A stretch of 64,000 bases of DNA, taken from contig JALDZS010000041.1 in the NCBI GenBank assembly GCA_022813965.1, forward strand, positions 62,001 to 126,000, given 5' to 3'. Source of the stretch: Toensbergia leucococca. Lineage: Eukaryota. Of the stretch, positions 11,243 through 24,605 are shown one piece after another (within the stretch, counting starts at the first letter, position 1; each line of letters opens with the position of its first letter). The translations under genes and the position numbers were made by a program. The notes under the pieces are model-generated. The model was not told the origin of the DNA, did not search any database, and saw only the letters and a list, made by a program, of their open reading frames with translations.

Positions 11243-13015
11243 TCAAACCACCCTCGCCGTAATCCGGACCTTAATATCCTGTCCGGGCACAGGCGAAATA
11301 ATCCCCAGCGTCGGCTTTCTCCCATCCATCTCCGGAAACCCCTGACTCCCCACCCCGCCCACAACCTCAACCTCGAACCTCCCGGCCACCTCCGCCACAA
11401 ACGCCAGCGCCGTCTGCCTCGCCAACTGTCGGCCGGGACAAAAGGTAGACCCGCCTCCAAAGGGCCGAAAGTGCTTGTCTTTGATCAGTTGTGGGTTGTG
11501 CAGGAATCGATTCGGGTCGAACGTGTCGGCGTTGGCGCCCCAGACCGAGGCGTCGAGGTGGAGTTGGCGGTAGGGCATCATGACGTCTGCGCCAGGGATG
11601 AGGTGGTAGCCACCGACGACGGTGTGTTCTACCACGCGGCGGAAGGTGGAGGCGCCGCCGTGAACGCGGAGGGATTCGAACCAAAGAGCGTTGAGGATCG
11701 GGCAGTGCTCGAGAAGGATGGTGATGTCAGGCTCCGAGTTGAGGCCGTTGGTGAAGGCTTTGGCGGTTTCGGACCGGATATCTTCGAGCAGGTTGGGGAT
11801 GTAGAGGGCGTGGGCCAGTAGCCAGAAAGCGAGGATTGAAGGGTTTCCGTTGATGCTGTTTTTGAAAGTCAGCTGGATTGGGTCAGGGGCCTAGAATGCT
11901 TGATTTTGCGTACGCCCAGAAAAGCTTGAAAATGACGGATGCAATATCCCTGCTCTCGACCCCATGGGCTCGCATCTCCGACTCGGATCTGGCGATGAAA
12001 GTGGCAGTTCCTGGACGTTGCTCTTTTGGCATATCAAAATAGCGCGTGAGGCCGTCAATAGTGCCATCTTTGCCGTCATGAGCTTCCTTTGACCATTTTT
12101 TTGGATATTGAAAGAGCAACTTCCAGGCGTTATGATTAAAAGAGTGAAAAGCATCCAAGATCTCCGGAGAACGATCCAAGCACACCGAGCCGAATAATGC
12201 ATTGGTAGATGAGGCCACAATAATGTCACCTGACCATTTAAGCAATGACATGACTCCTTCCGGCTCATTGGGCAGACGAGCGGCTCTGTAGATTTGGGAT
12301 GTGGGTCGACCGCTATCAAGGACGACACGATTGACTTCCTTGCGAAAGTATTCGTAAAGGATGTCGGTTTGGCTTCCACTCTGCAAGTCGACACGAACCC
12401 AGTGGCGGATGGAATTGGGCACGGATAGCTTGGTATCGGGCACAGTCCCGGACCACATGCGGCTTCTGGCAGGTTGCGAAACACCCACCAATCCCATGAC
12501 GTGATCCACAAAGGCATCGAAGTTCAGTTCGGCGGTCTTTTTGTAGGTTTCATTGATATGCTTGGGGTTAGTGATGATGTACGTCTTTCTACCGCCAAGG
12601 AGGACAGAGAATGGTTCGCGAGTGTCACGAAAGTATTTACTTGGAAGAGATTAGCAAGAAAGTGACAGGACATAACGATTCATCGTTTAGCCCGTACCGT
12701 CCAGCAATGAGGCTGCTGTTGGTGTCTTGCAAGAAAGAGATTGAATGCCCTGAAAAAGGTCAACGTCCGTTCTCGACTATTATATCTCTCACGAACCTAT
12801 GACTGACCAACAGGTAAGCCCAGCACCTAAGATACTTCCCATGGATACAACTCACTAGGAAACCAATAAGGGAACATAGGTGGCTCCCCAGATTTCTTGT
12901 TCTCAAAAAATCGAAGGTACAACTGCCATCCAAAGTACAGGAGGGTAATCCCAACGACTATCAAACGAGCCGGAGGAGCCTCGCTCATGGTGGAGAAGTA
13001 ATCAGAGACGTACAT
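11243..13015 (-). CDS. Cytochrome P450, CYP7/CYP8-like atypical I-helix group, 5 exons including a 6-nt micro-exon
   Basis: N-terminal TM, PPMFPYWFPIIGHSISF, I-helix FWAINGNP, ESLR (ExxR), FDPNRF, FGGGSTFCPGR heme motif. Start could be 13015 or 12988. Confidence 0.92.
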
Positions 13016-14865
13016 CTTGAAGTTGTAGTAGATTTGGACTAAGTAAAGTGGGTTGAAAGAGAGAATTTGATATGCTGGAGAGGGCAATTATATACCCTGC
13101 CCTCAGTGGCTGCATACTTTAGTCCTCACTGCTTCACCAAGGGAACTCTTCACCAGAGCATTAACGGTAAAAGAGTATCAGCGAGTGAGGGTTCATCATA
13201 GCAATAATGGTGGTGTATGAGTCTGGACCTAAAAACCTTCTTTTCCCTTCATGCAGGGGGGAGCTAGAGTGCCCACATGGTCTCTAAGAATCCCATATCT
13301 CTTAGCTGCAGAGAGATGTTTGGCTCCAACCAAAAGCCTTCCAGCAGCATATGAGATGGTGAGACATAGCGCTGAGGCGGGATACAGCCCGCCAGAGAAG
13401 TTCTCTCCCTGGAAGAATCCTTGCCCTAGCTGCAGCAAGGTGATAGGAGCATGGCGAAGACCTTTCAAGGGCTTTTCCTTTGTGAAGACGATTGGTGAAG
13501 AGAAGAAACACATAATTTTAGAGAGGATTCTCTATAGTATTCAATTGGAGCGTGCTCCTTCAAAGAAATCAACAAAAAAAAAGTCTAGGAAGTGCCCCCA
13601 CATCCAAGTCTGAATACATCTTGCTCGCTTGACCACAGCCAGGCACCCAGATGCCGGGGTTGGTTCATGCTGCAAGGGTAGGACCACATGGGAAGTGGAC
13701 ATTTTGGACGAAGTGGGAGCGCGGAAAGACGTAGTCATGCGACGGAGACAGCACCAAGGATGCTCCAAAGAGTAAGACGTCAAGATAGGCAGGCTTGGAA
13801 GCACTACTAACAAACATAGCTTGTGAGGCTGGAATTTGCACGGCAATAGGTAGTAAACTTGAAACCAGATATCAGCTGACACGGCGCTCTCGCGTAAGGC
13901 AAGAGGGACAAGGGGTTGAAAATTCCGCTTCATCTGCAATTGAAATCAGGCTGTCATTTGTTGGCGAACACAATGGCTTGGAAAGCGTAATCTGGTGATG
14001 GCTGCCCATTCGAATAAAGATAGGCTTTGCAACTAGATAGGGCTTATGAATAACCCAGTCATAAAGCCTGCATGATAGGATCTGGGAAGCAAGGTTAGGC
14101 GACGCTTCAGATGCAGGGGACGAAGATTGAATGCTGAATACAATAGCAGATTGCCATGGAACGAGCGGAGGAAGAGCCGTAGGAGCAGCGACAGGAGCAG
14201 TAGCGTCAGCTTTATTGTGGCACAGAGCTGAGGAGGCTTCTTTCTTTCCTTCCGTCTTACCGTCTTTCCATCTTTCTATCATGACGACCATCATGACCAT
14301 GGGAATCAGTTGCTCACTTGGGTGACTCATCCGGAACTAAGTCCTTCGCACTGCCTGGCGCTTGATCCGTGTGGACCATCCAAATCCCCTGACACATTCA
14401 AGGGTCAATCGGCTTATTCCTCTTTTCCCATTTGATGATGAAATCATTTACTGTATGCAGGCTTCTTTCCCGTTTCTCTAAAAAAAAAACACGTAATCTC
14501 AAATACGATACGATTTCCGTACCTTACTCGTAATAAACAGACCAACTCTGGATTCGAGTCAAAGAGAACCCTGTCACGTCTGAACTCCTCTGACATGCAC
14601 GTTAGTACCACGCGGCATTCAGCTTCCCTATCTTGCATGAAGGCAGCATTACTCAGAAGAATTGCATTAGTGAAAACCCCGACACACCGTCCTCACTTGG
14701 CTTTCCGGTAGTAACAACATCCCACTTTTCTCTCATTCTCTGAAATCAATCTCCCATGAATTCTTCTTCACGCCTTGTGCTTTCTCCTAAACCTTTCCGT
14801 CTTGTTCTCATTCATTCTACCACATACCACCTTCCCTCATATTCCAGGCCAATTTAGCATTCAAC

Positions 14866-15330
14866 ATGTCTGTCCCAAAGGTCTATACTATCGTCTTCAA
14901 GACCCTGGAACCGCTCATGGCCTCTCTTTCAGCCATTTACCTCACTCAATTCGATCCTCTCCTTTACCTTCAACTCACACACTCGCCTTCCGCCCCTGTT
15001 TCAACGGAAGACATCCCACTCGGCATGAATATCCTCCAACAACAACTAGGCAATATGATGATCTTCCTGGCTTTCATCGAGGCAGCGGTCCTACGTGCAA
15101 CCGACGATTTACAAGTGTGGAGGGTTGTGGTTGCAGCCCTGGTGCTGGCCGACTTGGGCCACTTGTACAGCATGCATGGTTTGGGAACTGAGATTTATTG
15201 GAATTTCCTGGGTTGGGGGCCGATGGAATGGGGCAATATAGGATCGATATATGCCGCACTGATGCTCAGAGTCGCCTTCCTTTGTGGACTGGGTTTGACG
15301 AGCAAATTGAAACAGTCTCATCGAGACTGA
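14866..15330 (+). CDS. Small multi-pass fungal membrane protein (about 4 TM; resembles the DUF7704-type family)
   Basis: 154-aa intronless ORF; F..LEP, QLGN, VWR....L.LADLGHL, W..MEWGN and RVAFLCGLG motifs recalled from a conserved fungal family. Confidence 0.75.
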   Translation: MSVPKVYTIVFKTLEPLMASLSAIYLTQFDPLLYLQLTHSPSAPVSTEDIPLGMNILQQQLGNMMIFLAFIEAAVLRATDDLQVWRVVVAALVLADLGHLYSMHGLGTEIYWNFLGWGPMEWGNIGSIYAALMLRVAFLCGLGLTSKLKQSHRD

Positions 15331-15543
15331 GTTTGGAAAAAATAGAGAAGACTTCTAAGCGTAGCTTTCTTCAAAGTGTCTCATCACTCAAAGCCAATCT
15401 ACTCAGAGTTGTTGTAGCGTTTGCGTTGCTGTACCAGGAGTGGGGCAGGAAATTTATCTAGTAGGGAAGTCAAGGTCACCAGTCTTTAGCCAATCTAACA
15501 AGCCTCGCTGTCGGTATCTATGATAGGATCATATGGAGAACGC

Positions 15544-17523
15544 CTACAACTTCAGTCCTCTGTTCATGTTCCTAATTCTTTCTCCGGAAATGTAAAAGAC
15601 GACAGGGATAGGAAGGAGGCTGATGGCGATGAATCCCAGGAGGCTGTTACCCCAACCTAATCCCAGATGTTCGAACATCGAAAGCCCTGCTAGCGGTAAA
15701 AGAGCGCCGACAACAGATCGCAGGACCGTATTTGCTGCAATCGCTGAAGCAGCGTATTGAGTGAAAGCGTCAACTAGATATGTCTGGATCGGCATCTACA
15801 CATTCAAGGTCAATTCAATGGCTTGACACCAATCGGATGATACTGGATCGTAGTGTAGCGTACAAATACAAACAAAGACCCAAGCCCCACAAATGCTGTA
15901 CCCATTATGGGGAGGATCCAGTGCGTGCCAGCTCTAGCACTCCAACCGTACCAGAATAGACCTATCGGTATGAAGGGAGCCCCGAAAACCAGTGGCGGCA
16001 ATCTGTACTCAGGCTTTTGTTCACCTCCGTTCCTCCTGGTTAGGCCGACCAGAATCCGATCACTAGCAACCGCTACAATGACAGTTCCAACCAGGCTACC
16101 AACACCAATACCCGTATAAGCTAAACCTGCAGCTTAATCAGCAAGAGAAATTCTCGATGCTTGGCTTTGGTGACATACCCACAGTTCCGGTGGAAAAATG
16201 ATATATAGACTCGAAGACTTCTGGGAACGTAGTGAACATCAAGTAAAGATATCCGTATACAATAGCCATGAAAAACGATAGAGAGAAGATGATGGGTGAA
16301 AGAAAAAGCATCTTCAGTGGGCGTAACATTGACCGAATAAGAAATTGTTTAGCAGGTAAGTCTGAGGCCATGATTGAGCGGTAACTATGGTTGCCACTCA
16401 TCTCACGCATCTTTTTCGCCTTCCTTTCCAGAATCAAGGGGTGGTAAGTCTCACGTAGCAAGCACAAAGCCAAGATAGAAAGGCCAGCGTCAACAATGCT
16501 CAATACCCAGAATACCCATCTCCAGCCTTTCGCCTTTGCTTGTATTAGCGTACCTATCTCCATTGAATCTGACACTGTACGTACTTGAATAAGATATCCT
16601 CCGGAATCAGGCCCGATGACTGGGCCCAACAGCGGACCCAGTGCGAAGACTGCCATGGCACCTCCCCGCTGCTCAGAAACAAAGAGATCCGCGATAGAAC
16701 CAGCGCCAAGCGTTAAGGGGGCGCTGCCTGTACACCCCGCCAAGAGTCGAAAAGCAATGAACATGCCTATATTGGAGCTTTTGGCACAGGCACAGTTACA
16801 GGCAATGAATATGAAGTTACAGCTGTGGTACATGACATTTCTGCCGTACAACTCGGAAAGAGGAGCCACTACCCTATGAAAACTTATGGTCAGTACGGAA
16901 AACAACCTAAGCCGTAATGGACTTTCGTTGACGAAAGTTGATTTCTCTTACAGAGGACCAGCAGCGAGACCAAGGAGATAGACAGATAGGATGAACGGGG
17001 CAAGCTCCGTATTGGTAGAGTGAAAATCACGCATTACTTGAGGTATGCCAGGAGCAAACATCGAAGACGCAAGTGTACTTGATGAGCCATGAGAGTCAGC
17101 GTCGTTGTCTAAGCCATCCCAGGGATAGCAATGCCAATATTGTACTGACTTGAGGAGGGTTATAGCAGATATGAGACAAATCATAGTCCACTGATTGAAT
17201 TAGAAAACTCTTTAGCCCTCAAGCCTTTGCCTGGCCAGGATCATAGGGTTATTGACCTTCCTTGATGCCGGCCAATTTCGAGGACATGCCCGATCTGAAG
17301 GTCCTTCGAAGTCAACGATTGTCCTCTCCTCTTCCTCGGCTACATGAATCGATGCCGCCTTGGTGTTGATTTTTTCTTCGACTATTGTAGGTGCAGTCAT
17401 ACTGCTTGATTCTGCATCAGTGGCACCAACAGAACAAAGCTTTTCCTCGGACTGATCCACCATGGACTGATGGCATAATCCTTCACCTTGACCCTCAATC
17501 ACCAGACTGCCGTGCTTATGCAT
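15544..17523 (-). CDS. MFS drug:H+ antiporter (DHA1 family), multi-exon
   Basis: [85 protein letters not shown]. Start could be 17523 or 17463. Confidence 0.92.
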
Positions 17524-18455
17524 CTTCAACAGGAGTGTGGAAGTTGACAACTCAACAGACTGGCTGAGATGGACAAGGTGATGCCTTCTGTGAAGAATCG
17601 CGACATTACCTGTTCATTCGTGCAATCAACAAGTATCCATAATTGGATACTTGTACCAATCGTTATTTATTCGTGGAGACGGATTTAAGACAATGTGATA
17701 CAGCTTAGCGGATAGAGCAACGAAACATTGAAGGAATTGAAGGAATTGGCCCCCTAACAGAGATTGCTGAGGCACAAAGTAAGAGAATTCTCATGACAAA
17801 GAGGAATCTCCATGGACTTAGCACAATGCACTCATGAGGCACAGTCCTGCACACCCACCAATGTGCGACGTGCATGTCCTGTCAAATGTCAACATGCCAA
17901 GCCTCCGACACTCTTCCTACCTATCAGGGTTAGGGTATCCGAAACCCCGCATTTGCTATCGAAACAACATGTCTCATGTCTGCCATACACACCCTGACAC
18001 CCTCACACAACCACCACCGCCATGCCTCGCAATCATTGACAGCTAAGAAGAAATCCACAACATCCTGCCGCCACTCGCGACCGATGCCTGCAAGTCTGAT
18101 GATGATTTCCGTCACGAAGCCAATGAAACAACCAAACTTACTCGAGTACAAATCACGGCACGAGTAAACCCACCGATATCAGTCAAGTTTCAAATCTTAA
18201 ATAGAAATCTAGGTCTATCAATCCGAGGTCCCGCGTTGAGTCCCTCGAGCTAAATCATCATGGTGGGTATCTAGGATGTTAAATCGCTCTCTTGCCGCAA
18301 GCCCCCATCCCGATCGTTGAAGACGGGCATGAAAAAGGGGCATGCCGCTCTTGGGACGTTGAATACCCATGCAGCTCCAAGCAATGCTCCTACATGTCCC
18401 CGAAACGCCAAGATGAGCAAAAAGTTGTGTTGAGTGATTCCTTGTCATTAGTCTA

Positions 18456-21400
18456 TTATGTCGGTGCGGGGGCTGCGGCACCTGTAATGTCGTCAATGCT
18501 ATCAACGGGTGCGCAGGTACAGAAGAGGTTCACGTCTCCGTAGGCTATCTCAGTGTTAGCGGGTGTCCATGGTGCCTTCTCAAACATGAAAACTTGCCGT
18601 CATCCAATCGGGTGACACTAGGCCAAAACTTCTTTTCCCTCAACCATGGCACTGGATATGCCGCCACCTCGCGACTATAACTCCTCTCCCACGTGTCCCC
18701 CACCAGCAAGTCCTTCAACGAGTGTGGTGCCATTTTTAGCACGTTCCCCTCCCTCGGCTGTTCCCCCTTCTCCACTGCCTGGATCTCCATGCGGATCGCA
18801 ATCAATGCGTCACAAAATCGGTCGAGCTCGGGTAGATTCTCGCTTTCAGTCGGCTCGATCATGAGTGTGTTGGCGACAGGCCACGACATGGTTGGGGCGT
18901 GGAAGCCATAGTCTTGCAGGCGCTTGGCAACGTCGATGGCTTCGATGCCGGCCGTGTCTTTGAATTTGCGGACGTCGAGGATGAATTCGTGGGCGCAGCG
19001 ACCGGCGGCGTTGGTGTAAAGAATGGGATAGTGGGGCTTCAGACGAGACAGGATATAATTTGCGTTGAGGAGAGTGATCTTTGTGGCGTGGGTGAGACCA
19101 CGACCGCCCATCATTTTGATGTATGCCCAACTGATGGGGAGGATGCCAGCACTACCCCATGGCGCGCCACTGACAGGCGCGATGCCCTTTTCGCCGCCGG
19201 TATGTATCAAAGGATGGCCAGGTAGGAAAGGTGCAAGGTGAGATTTGACACCAATGGGGCCTACGCCAGGCCCACCGCCGCCATGTGGAATACAGAACGT
19301 CTTGTGTAGATTCAAGTGACAAACATCTGCACCGATATCGCCAGGCGAGCATAATCCAATTTGCGCGTTCATGTTCGCTCCATCCATGTAGACCTGTCCG
19401 CCATGAGAGTGGACCATTTCACACATTTCCTTCACCTGCGGTTCAAAGACTCCAAAAGTGCTGGGATATGTAATCATGATTGCACCAAGCTCCTCGCTGT
19501 ACTTTTCGCACTTCGCTTTCAGATCTTCCATGTCCAGGTTTCCGGTACCTGGCTCACACTTGACCGTTACGACCCGCATGCCAGCCATTGCAGCACTAGC
19601 CGGGTTTGTGCCATGGGCAGACACTGGTATGAGACAAATATCTCGTTTCTTCCCAGGCTGCATTTCTTGATATTTACGGATTACTCGGAGACCAGCAAAT
19701 TCTCCTTGGGCGCCGGAATTCGGCTGGAGAGACACCGAATCAAAGCCAGTAATCTCGGCTAGATCCTTCTCCAATTCATCGATTAATGTGGTGTAACCTT
19801 GCGCTTGATCCACCGGGACGAATGGATGAATGGAAGAAAACTCGGGCCAAGAGACAGGTATCATCTCTGTCGTCGCATTGAGCTTCATAGTACAGGATCC
19901 GAGAGCTATCATCGAGTGGGCCAGGGAAAGATCCTTTGACTGAAGATGATTGATGTAGCGTAAGAGTTCGGTCTCGGAGTGATGAGTATTGAAGACTGGA
20001 TGAGTGAGATACGATGATGTTCGTTGAAGGCTCGATGGTGGTGTAGGACTCCAAGAAGGCTCAATTTGGAGCTCGGTCGCAATCTCCTCCACCGATGATA
20101 GGTCCTGCGAGTTGGAGAAGTAATGAAAGATGGCTAAAATATCATGCAAGTCTGTAGAGTCCACGGTCTCATCCACGGTGATTCCAAGCTTGCTTTGATT
20201 TAGAACTCGAAGATTGATCTTCATCACTTTTGCACCCCAATTTGCAATTTCTTGTGCCTTCCCAGCATCGACCTCAACGGCCACTGTATCAAATAAAACT
20301 CTGCCATTGGTGTTCTTCCCTCGAGAGCCCGTGGTAAAGCCAAGCCTCCATAGACCTTCTTCAATGATCTGTGCACCAGCTATTGCTCTTTCTGCAATAG
20401 CTCGCAGCCCCTGCGGGCCATGATAGACAGCATAAAAGGCACTCATATTGGCCAGTAAAGCTTGAGCAGTACAAATATTACTGGTTGCTTTCTCTCGTCG
20501 AATGTGCTGCTCGCGGGTTTGCAGAGCTAGTCTCATGGCCTTCTCCCCTAGCCTGTCTTTCGAAATACCGATTAGTCGACCTGGTATCTTCCTTTTGTAT
20601 TTTTCGCTGCACGCAAAGAACGCCGCATGAGGCCCACCATATCCAAAAGGCACACCGAATCGCTGTGCATTACCAAATGCAATATCAGCTCCAAACTCCC
20701 CTGGAGGTTTGAGTACTGTCAAGGCTAGTAAGTCTGTAGCAACGCAGAACGTGCCTCCAAGCTCGTGCACGGTGTCCGCGAGACCTTGGAGATCTTCAAC
20801 ACCTCCTTCGGTGTCCGGGTACTGTGCAAGGACACCTATAAGATCCTCTCCCGTCTCCTTTACCAGCTTTGCGCCATCCGCTAGTACGTCTGCGATGAGA
20901 ATTTTGATGCCAAATCCTTCCGCCCGCGACTGCAAAACTGCCATGGTTTGCGGATGGCATAAGTGCGAAACGACGAATGTCTTATTTGGCCGCTTTTGCC
21001 GCGAAACAGGAAGTGCATTCATAGAGAGTGTCATTGCTTCAGCTGCGGCTGTGGATTCGTCCAGAACAGATGCATTGGAAATAGATAGTGCAGTTAGATC
21101 GGACACTAACGTCTGGAAATTAAGGAGAGACTCGAGACGTCCTTGGCTGATCTCTGGCTGGTAAGGCGTATAGCTGGTATACCAGCCAGGGCTCTCGAGA
21201 ACATTTCTCTTAATGACCTCAGGTACTCTGGTGCTTGCATATCCACACCCGATATAGCTCCGCATGACCTTATTTCCACTTGCAATTTCACGTAAACGTG
21301 CAATCAATTGGCTCTCGGAAAATCCCTCCTGTTTGAATTCTTTTTGTTTTCCACTTGATGGTCCTTCAATCTTCAGATCCTTGGTAGAAAGTATGTTCGC

Positions 21401-21709
21401 GGGCAATACCTGCTTTACAAAATCATCTAGAGATGTCACTGGTGGATCTAATGCCTGGAGCATCCGCTCAGTAGAGTTTGGAGAAGGTCCAATGTGGCGG
21501 CGGGCGAATGTGTCCAACGGGTCAAGCGGAGAGCCTTGGTCGGTTGATGGCCTGCTAGCATTACTCTTGTCTGCAACAGAGCTGGAGTAGAAGGGCCGTC
21601 GTAAAGGCCTATTTGAAAATTGTGCTGCGCGAAGGCATTTTGTAGATGCTGTAAAAGATGAAAATCGAGTACAGGCTTGTGGTGGCTTCCTGAGTGCATG
21701 TGAGAGCAT
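18456..21709 (-). CDS. GCV2: Glycine decarboxylase (glycine cleavage P protein), mitochondrial; last intron is GC-AG
   Basis: YTPYQPEISQGRLE, LQTREQHIRREKATSNICTAQALLAN, HLNLHKTF (PLP Lys). The C-terminus RLDD|AYGDVNLFCTC is restored by intron 18545-18597. Confidence 0.98.
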
Positions 21710-22094
21710 TGTCGTGACGGCGTGACCCATGGTAAGAACGGCGTAACAGATCAAGACCAGAAGAAGGACATGGATATTAGATTGTAACTAAATTGGAAAA
21801 AAAAAGGGAAGAATGAAGACATAGGCGCAATGATGCTGCCAATTGGAAGCGCAATCAATCTTATCGTGAAATCTTTATCGATATCACTGGAACGCTTAAA
21901 ATGTATGGCTAACTCGTTAAGGCTACTACGTAGCTCTAGTGTATGTTTACGGAGCAATAACCGCTCAACCGCCGCTGAGTGACTCGGTGAGTCGGAGTCG
22001 ATATTACTGAAATAGAACTATATTTTTTCGAAAAGTGATTTCTATCTATTGAATGAAACTAATTCTACGAGTCATTGTTTCGCAATTCCTCCAT

Positions 22095-23867
22095 TCACCG
22101 AGGGCCCGCATTCCACCTTAGGTCTTTTACACAGGTTTCTGCCGTATCTACCAGGATTTCAAAAGCCTTGCGCAAGTATTTCTCTTCGGCCTTTGGGTTG
22201 GCACTAACGACCCTTATGGCATATATCCCATTTACCACTCCACTTGTCAAGAAAATCTCTCCTTTTGAATTGATCGTTTCATAGACTTCTTTGGTTAGCT
22301 TGTTCGCCGCTGCCCTTTTTTCGTCCTCCACATTCGGCAATATATCATCCCGTGCCAAACCTTCGTTCATAGCGGGCTCCGAAACCTGTTCTGAAGCACC
22401 GTTCAGCTTCACTTCTCCCTTTGGGATAACTGCCAGCACTGTCAGTGCAAACGCATGGGGCGTAAGCACTTGAAAGATATCTGGTCTTGAGAGTATCCAC
22501 GCATGAAACAGCTCGCCCAGTCGGATGTGATTGCGAATGTGGCTTTTCAGGCCAGTGACGCCATAAGTGCGAAGCACGAACCATATCTTCAGTGAGCGGA
22601 AACGCCGACCCAAGGGAATTTGCCAATCGCGGTAATCCGTCACGAGGCCAGAGTCGGAATATTCATTGCGGAGATATGACCGTGTTATGGAGAGGGCGTC
22701 GGTGAGATCGCGTCGCCTCTTGACGTAAAGACAGCTATGCGGTGTTAGGGGCCTGTTTTGCGGTAATACAAAGGAAAATGCAGTGCATTTGTCCAAATGA
22801 CTGAGGACGTTCAGATGGCATACCTAGCGTCGAAATTCGTTAGAAGCCATTTATGCATATTCATATCAAAACTATTAAAAGCCTCGAAATGCTCTGTTAG
22901 ATGATGATACTCTTCACACACTAACGCCCCTCCGACATAAGCTGCATCCACATGGATCCATAAACCTGGAAAAGCCTTGACTACTTCCTTAATCTCTCCG
23001 AATCTATCTATTGCACACGTTGCAGTAGTACCGAGTGTCGTCGTAAGATAGAAGGGCTCCAGCCCCTCTTGCTTGCATTCTTCTAATATTGCTTGCAATG
23101 CTGCGCCTGTCATTGCAAGATCTTCCTCTACTTCACACGGTACGGACTTGTAGCATACGCCGGCGATCAGCGCCGCTTTGGCAGTACTGCTGTGGCTTTG
23201 CTCACTCCCCAGAGCTACAAGACGTCCCTTCAGCTCGGCAACCCTCTTATCTTTCTCCATTGCACTTAGGCCTTCGCAAGCTTCTCTCAAATATCGCTCC
23301 CTAGCCGCGACCACAACAGTAACAACGGCCTCACTTGCACTACCTTGTATGACTCCTCCCCCCTCGGCTTCGCTCAGGAAGCAATCCGGGAGATTGAACA
23401 GACGTGCTAACCAGTCAAGAACAATGGTTTCGAGTTCGGTGATAGCAGGTGAACATAGCCAATTGAAGGCGGGGGCGGTGAAGGCAGCCGAGTAAAGCTC
23501 ACCCAGCATGGACGGGTAGGTGGCGGATGCGGGGTAGTAGGCCATGAAGTTGGGAGATTGCCTTGAGCCGTCTTAATTGTGGTCGGTTGGCGTTGCTGTC
23601 AGACGTACCAGTGTGTCAATCCAGGCATGATCTTGGTTTCGATATCTTTTTGAATTTCATCCCATTTCTCACCTTCCTGGGGTGGGCCGGATGGGAGAAG
23701 TTTTCGAAGGTAGCCAGGGGTAACGTTCGAAACCACGCGGCGTTCTTGGACGGTATCGTAATAGTCTATGACTGTCGAGTCATTAGTCAAAAGTCTCCGG
23801 GGACCTGGGGAGACTTGCTCTCGTCGACTGCCGAGTGCGCGGCTGCGCGAAACTCGTCCGAATTCAT
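22095..23867 (-). CDS. Group II PLP-dependent aromatic-L-amino-acid decarboxylase, 4 exons
   Basis: MNSDEFRAAAH...PGYLR..IMPGLTHWQSPNFMAYYP, CSPAITELE, WIHVDAAY, NMHKWLLT (PLP Lys), DYRDWQIPLGRRFRSLKIW. Confidence 0.95.
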
Positions 23868-24605
23868 TTTATGATTAAGGAAGAGTAAAAGATACAACGA
23901 GGGTTAGAATACGTAAGAGCGAGAATCGAAGATGAAACGGTTCCACAAAGAAGCATTACGAGATAGACAATTGTACTGGTTGTGCTTGTAGAGGGCTGAC
24001 TAGGCTGACAAGCGGGAACCCCAGAATATTCTATTTACTCGTAGAACTTTTTTCTTTCCGCAACTAGGATTGCATATTAAACTCCGTTTTTCAGGCTCAT
24101 TTACTCCTTATAGACTGCCTCCTACCTAGATATCAAAAGTCAGTGAAGCAAAGCAACAACAAGTCTTCTATCAGTGCTAAGACCTCCTTCAACAGGAAAT
24201 GCCACGCTCAAGCATAGCCAATGCGCCAATGTTATTCACGAAGAACCCCATCACTCATACATCACCCCTTCCAACCCCTTTTCAAGCACATCCTCAAACC
24301 AAACATGGACTTTGCGAAGAATCATTGATTTGACATTATTCCTCGATTTTTTTGGTGCAGGCAGATGCACAACCCCACCTTGGACAACGCCCTACCTAGG
24401 TCATGCATACTAACCAACGATGCAGACTTCTAGATCTACAACCATGTGTCATATAAATATTCAGTTCGACCTTCCGGCGCCGCTGCTTTATAGATAAGCC
24501 GGAGCCTCCTTGAGAAGTGATACTTACCACGTTCTCAGTATCGACAAGATTTCGAATTCATGCACTTCGCCGTTGCACTCTTTGATACACCTTGTCAAAT
24601 CCGGC

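Noticed and set aside
13100..14800. Several 60-150-aa ORFs between the P450 and the small membrane protein
   Set aside because: No recognisable motifs or consistent exon structure; treated as intergenic, though a decayed gene cannot be excluded.
17630..17653. 10-bp-arm inverted repeat CAAGTATCCA-TAAT-TGGATACTTG upstream of the DHA1 gene
   Set aside because: Short; could be a binding site but has no independent support.
18646..21699. Numerous antisense and alternate-frame ORFs over GCV2 and other long genes
   Set aside because: Expected shadow ORFs of GC-balanced coding sequence.
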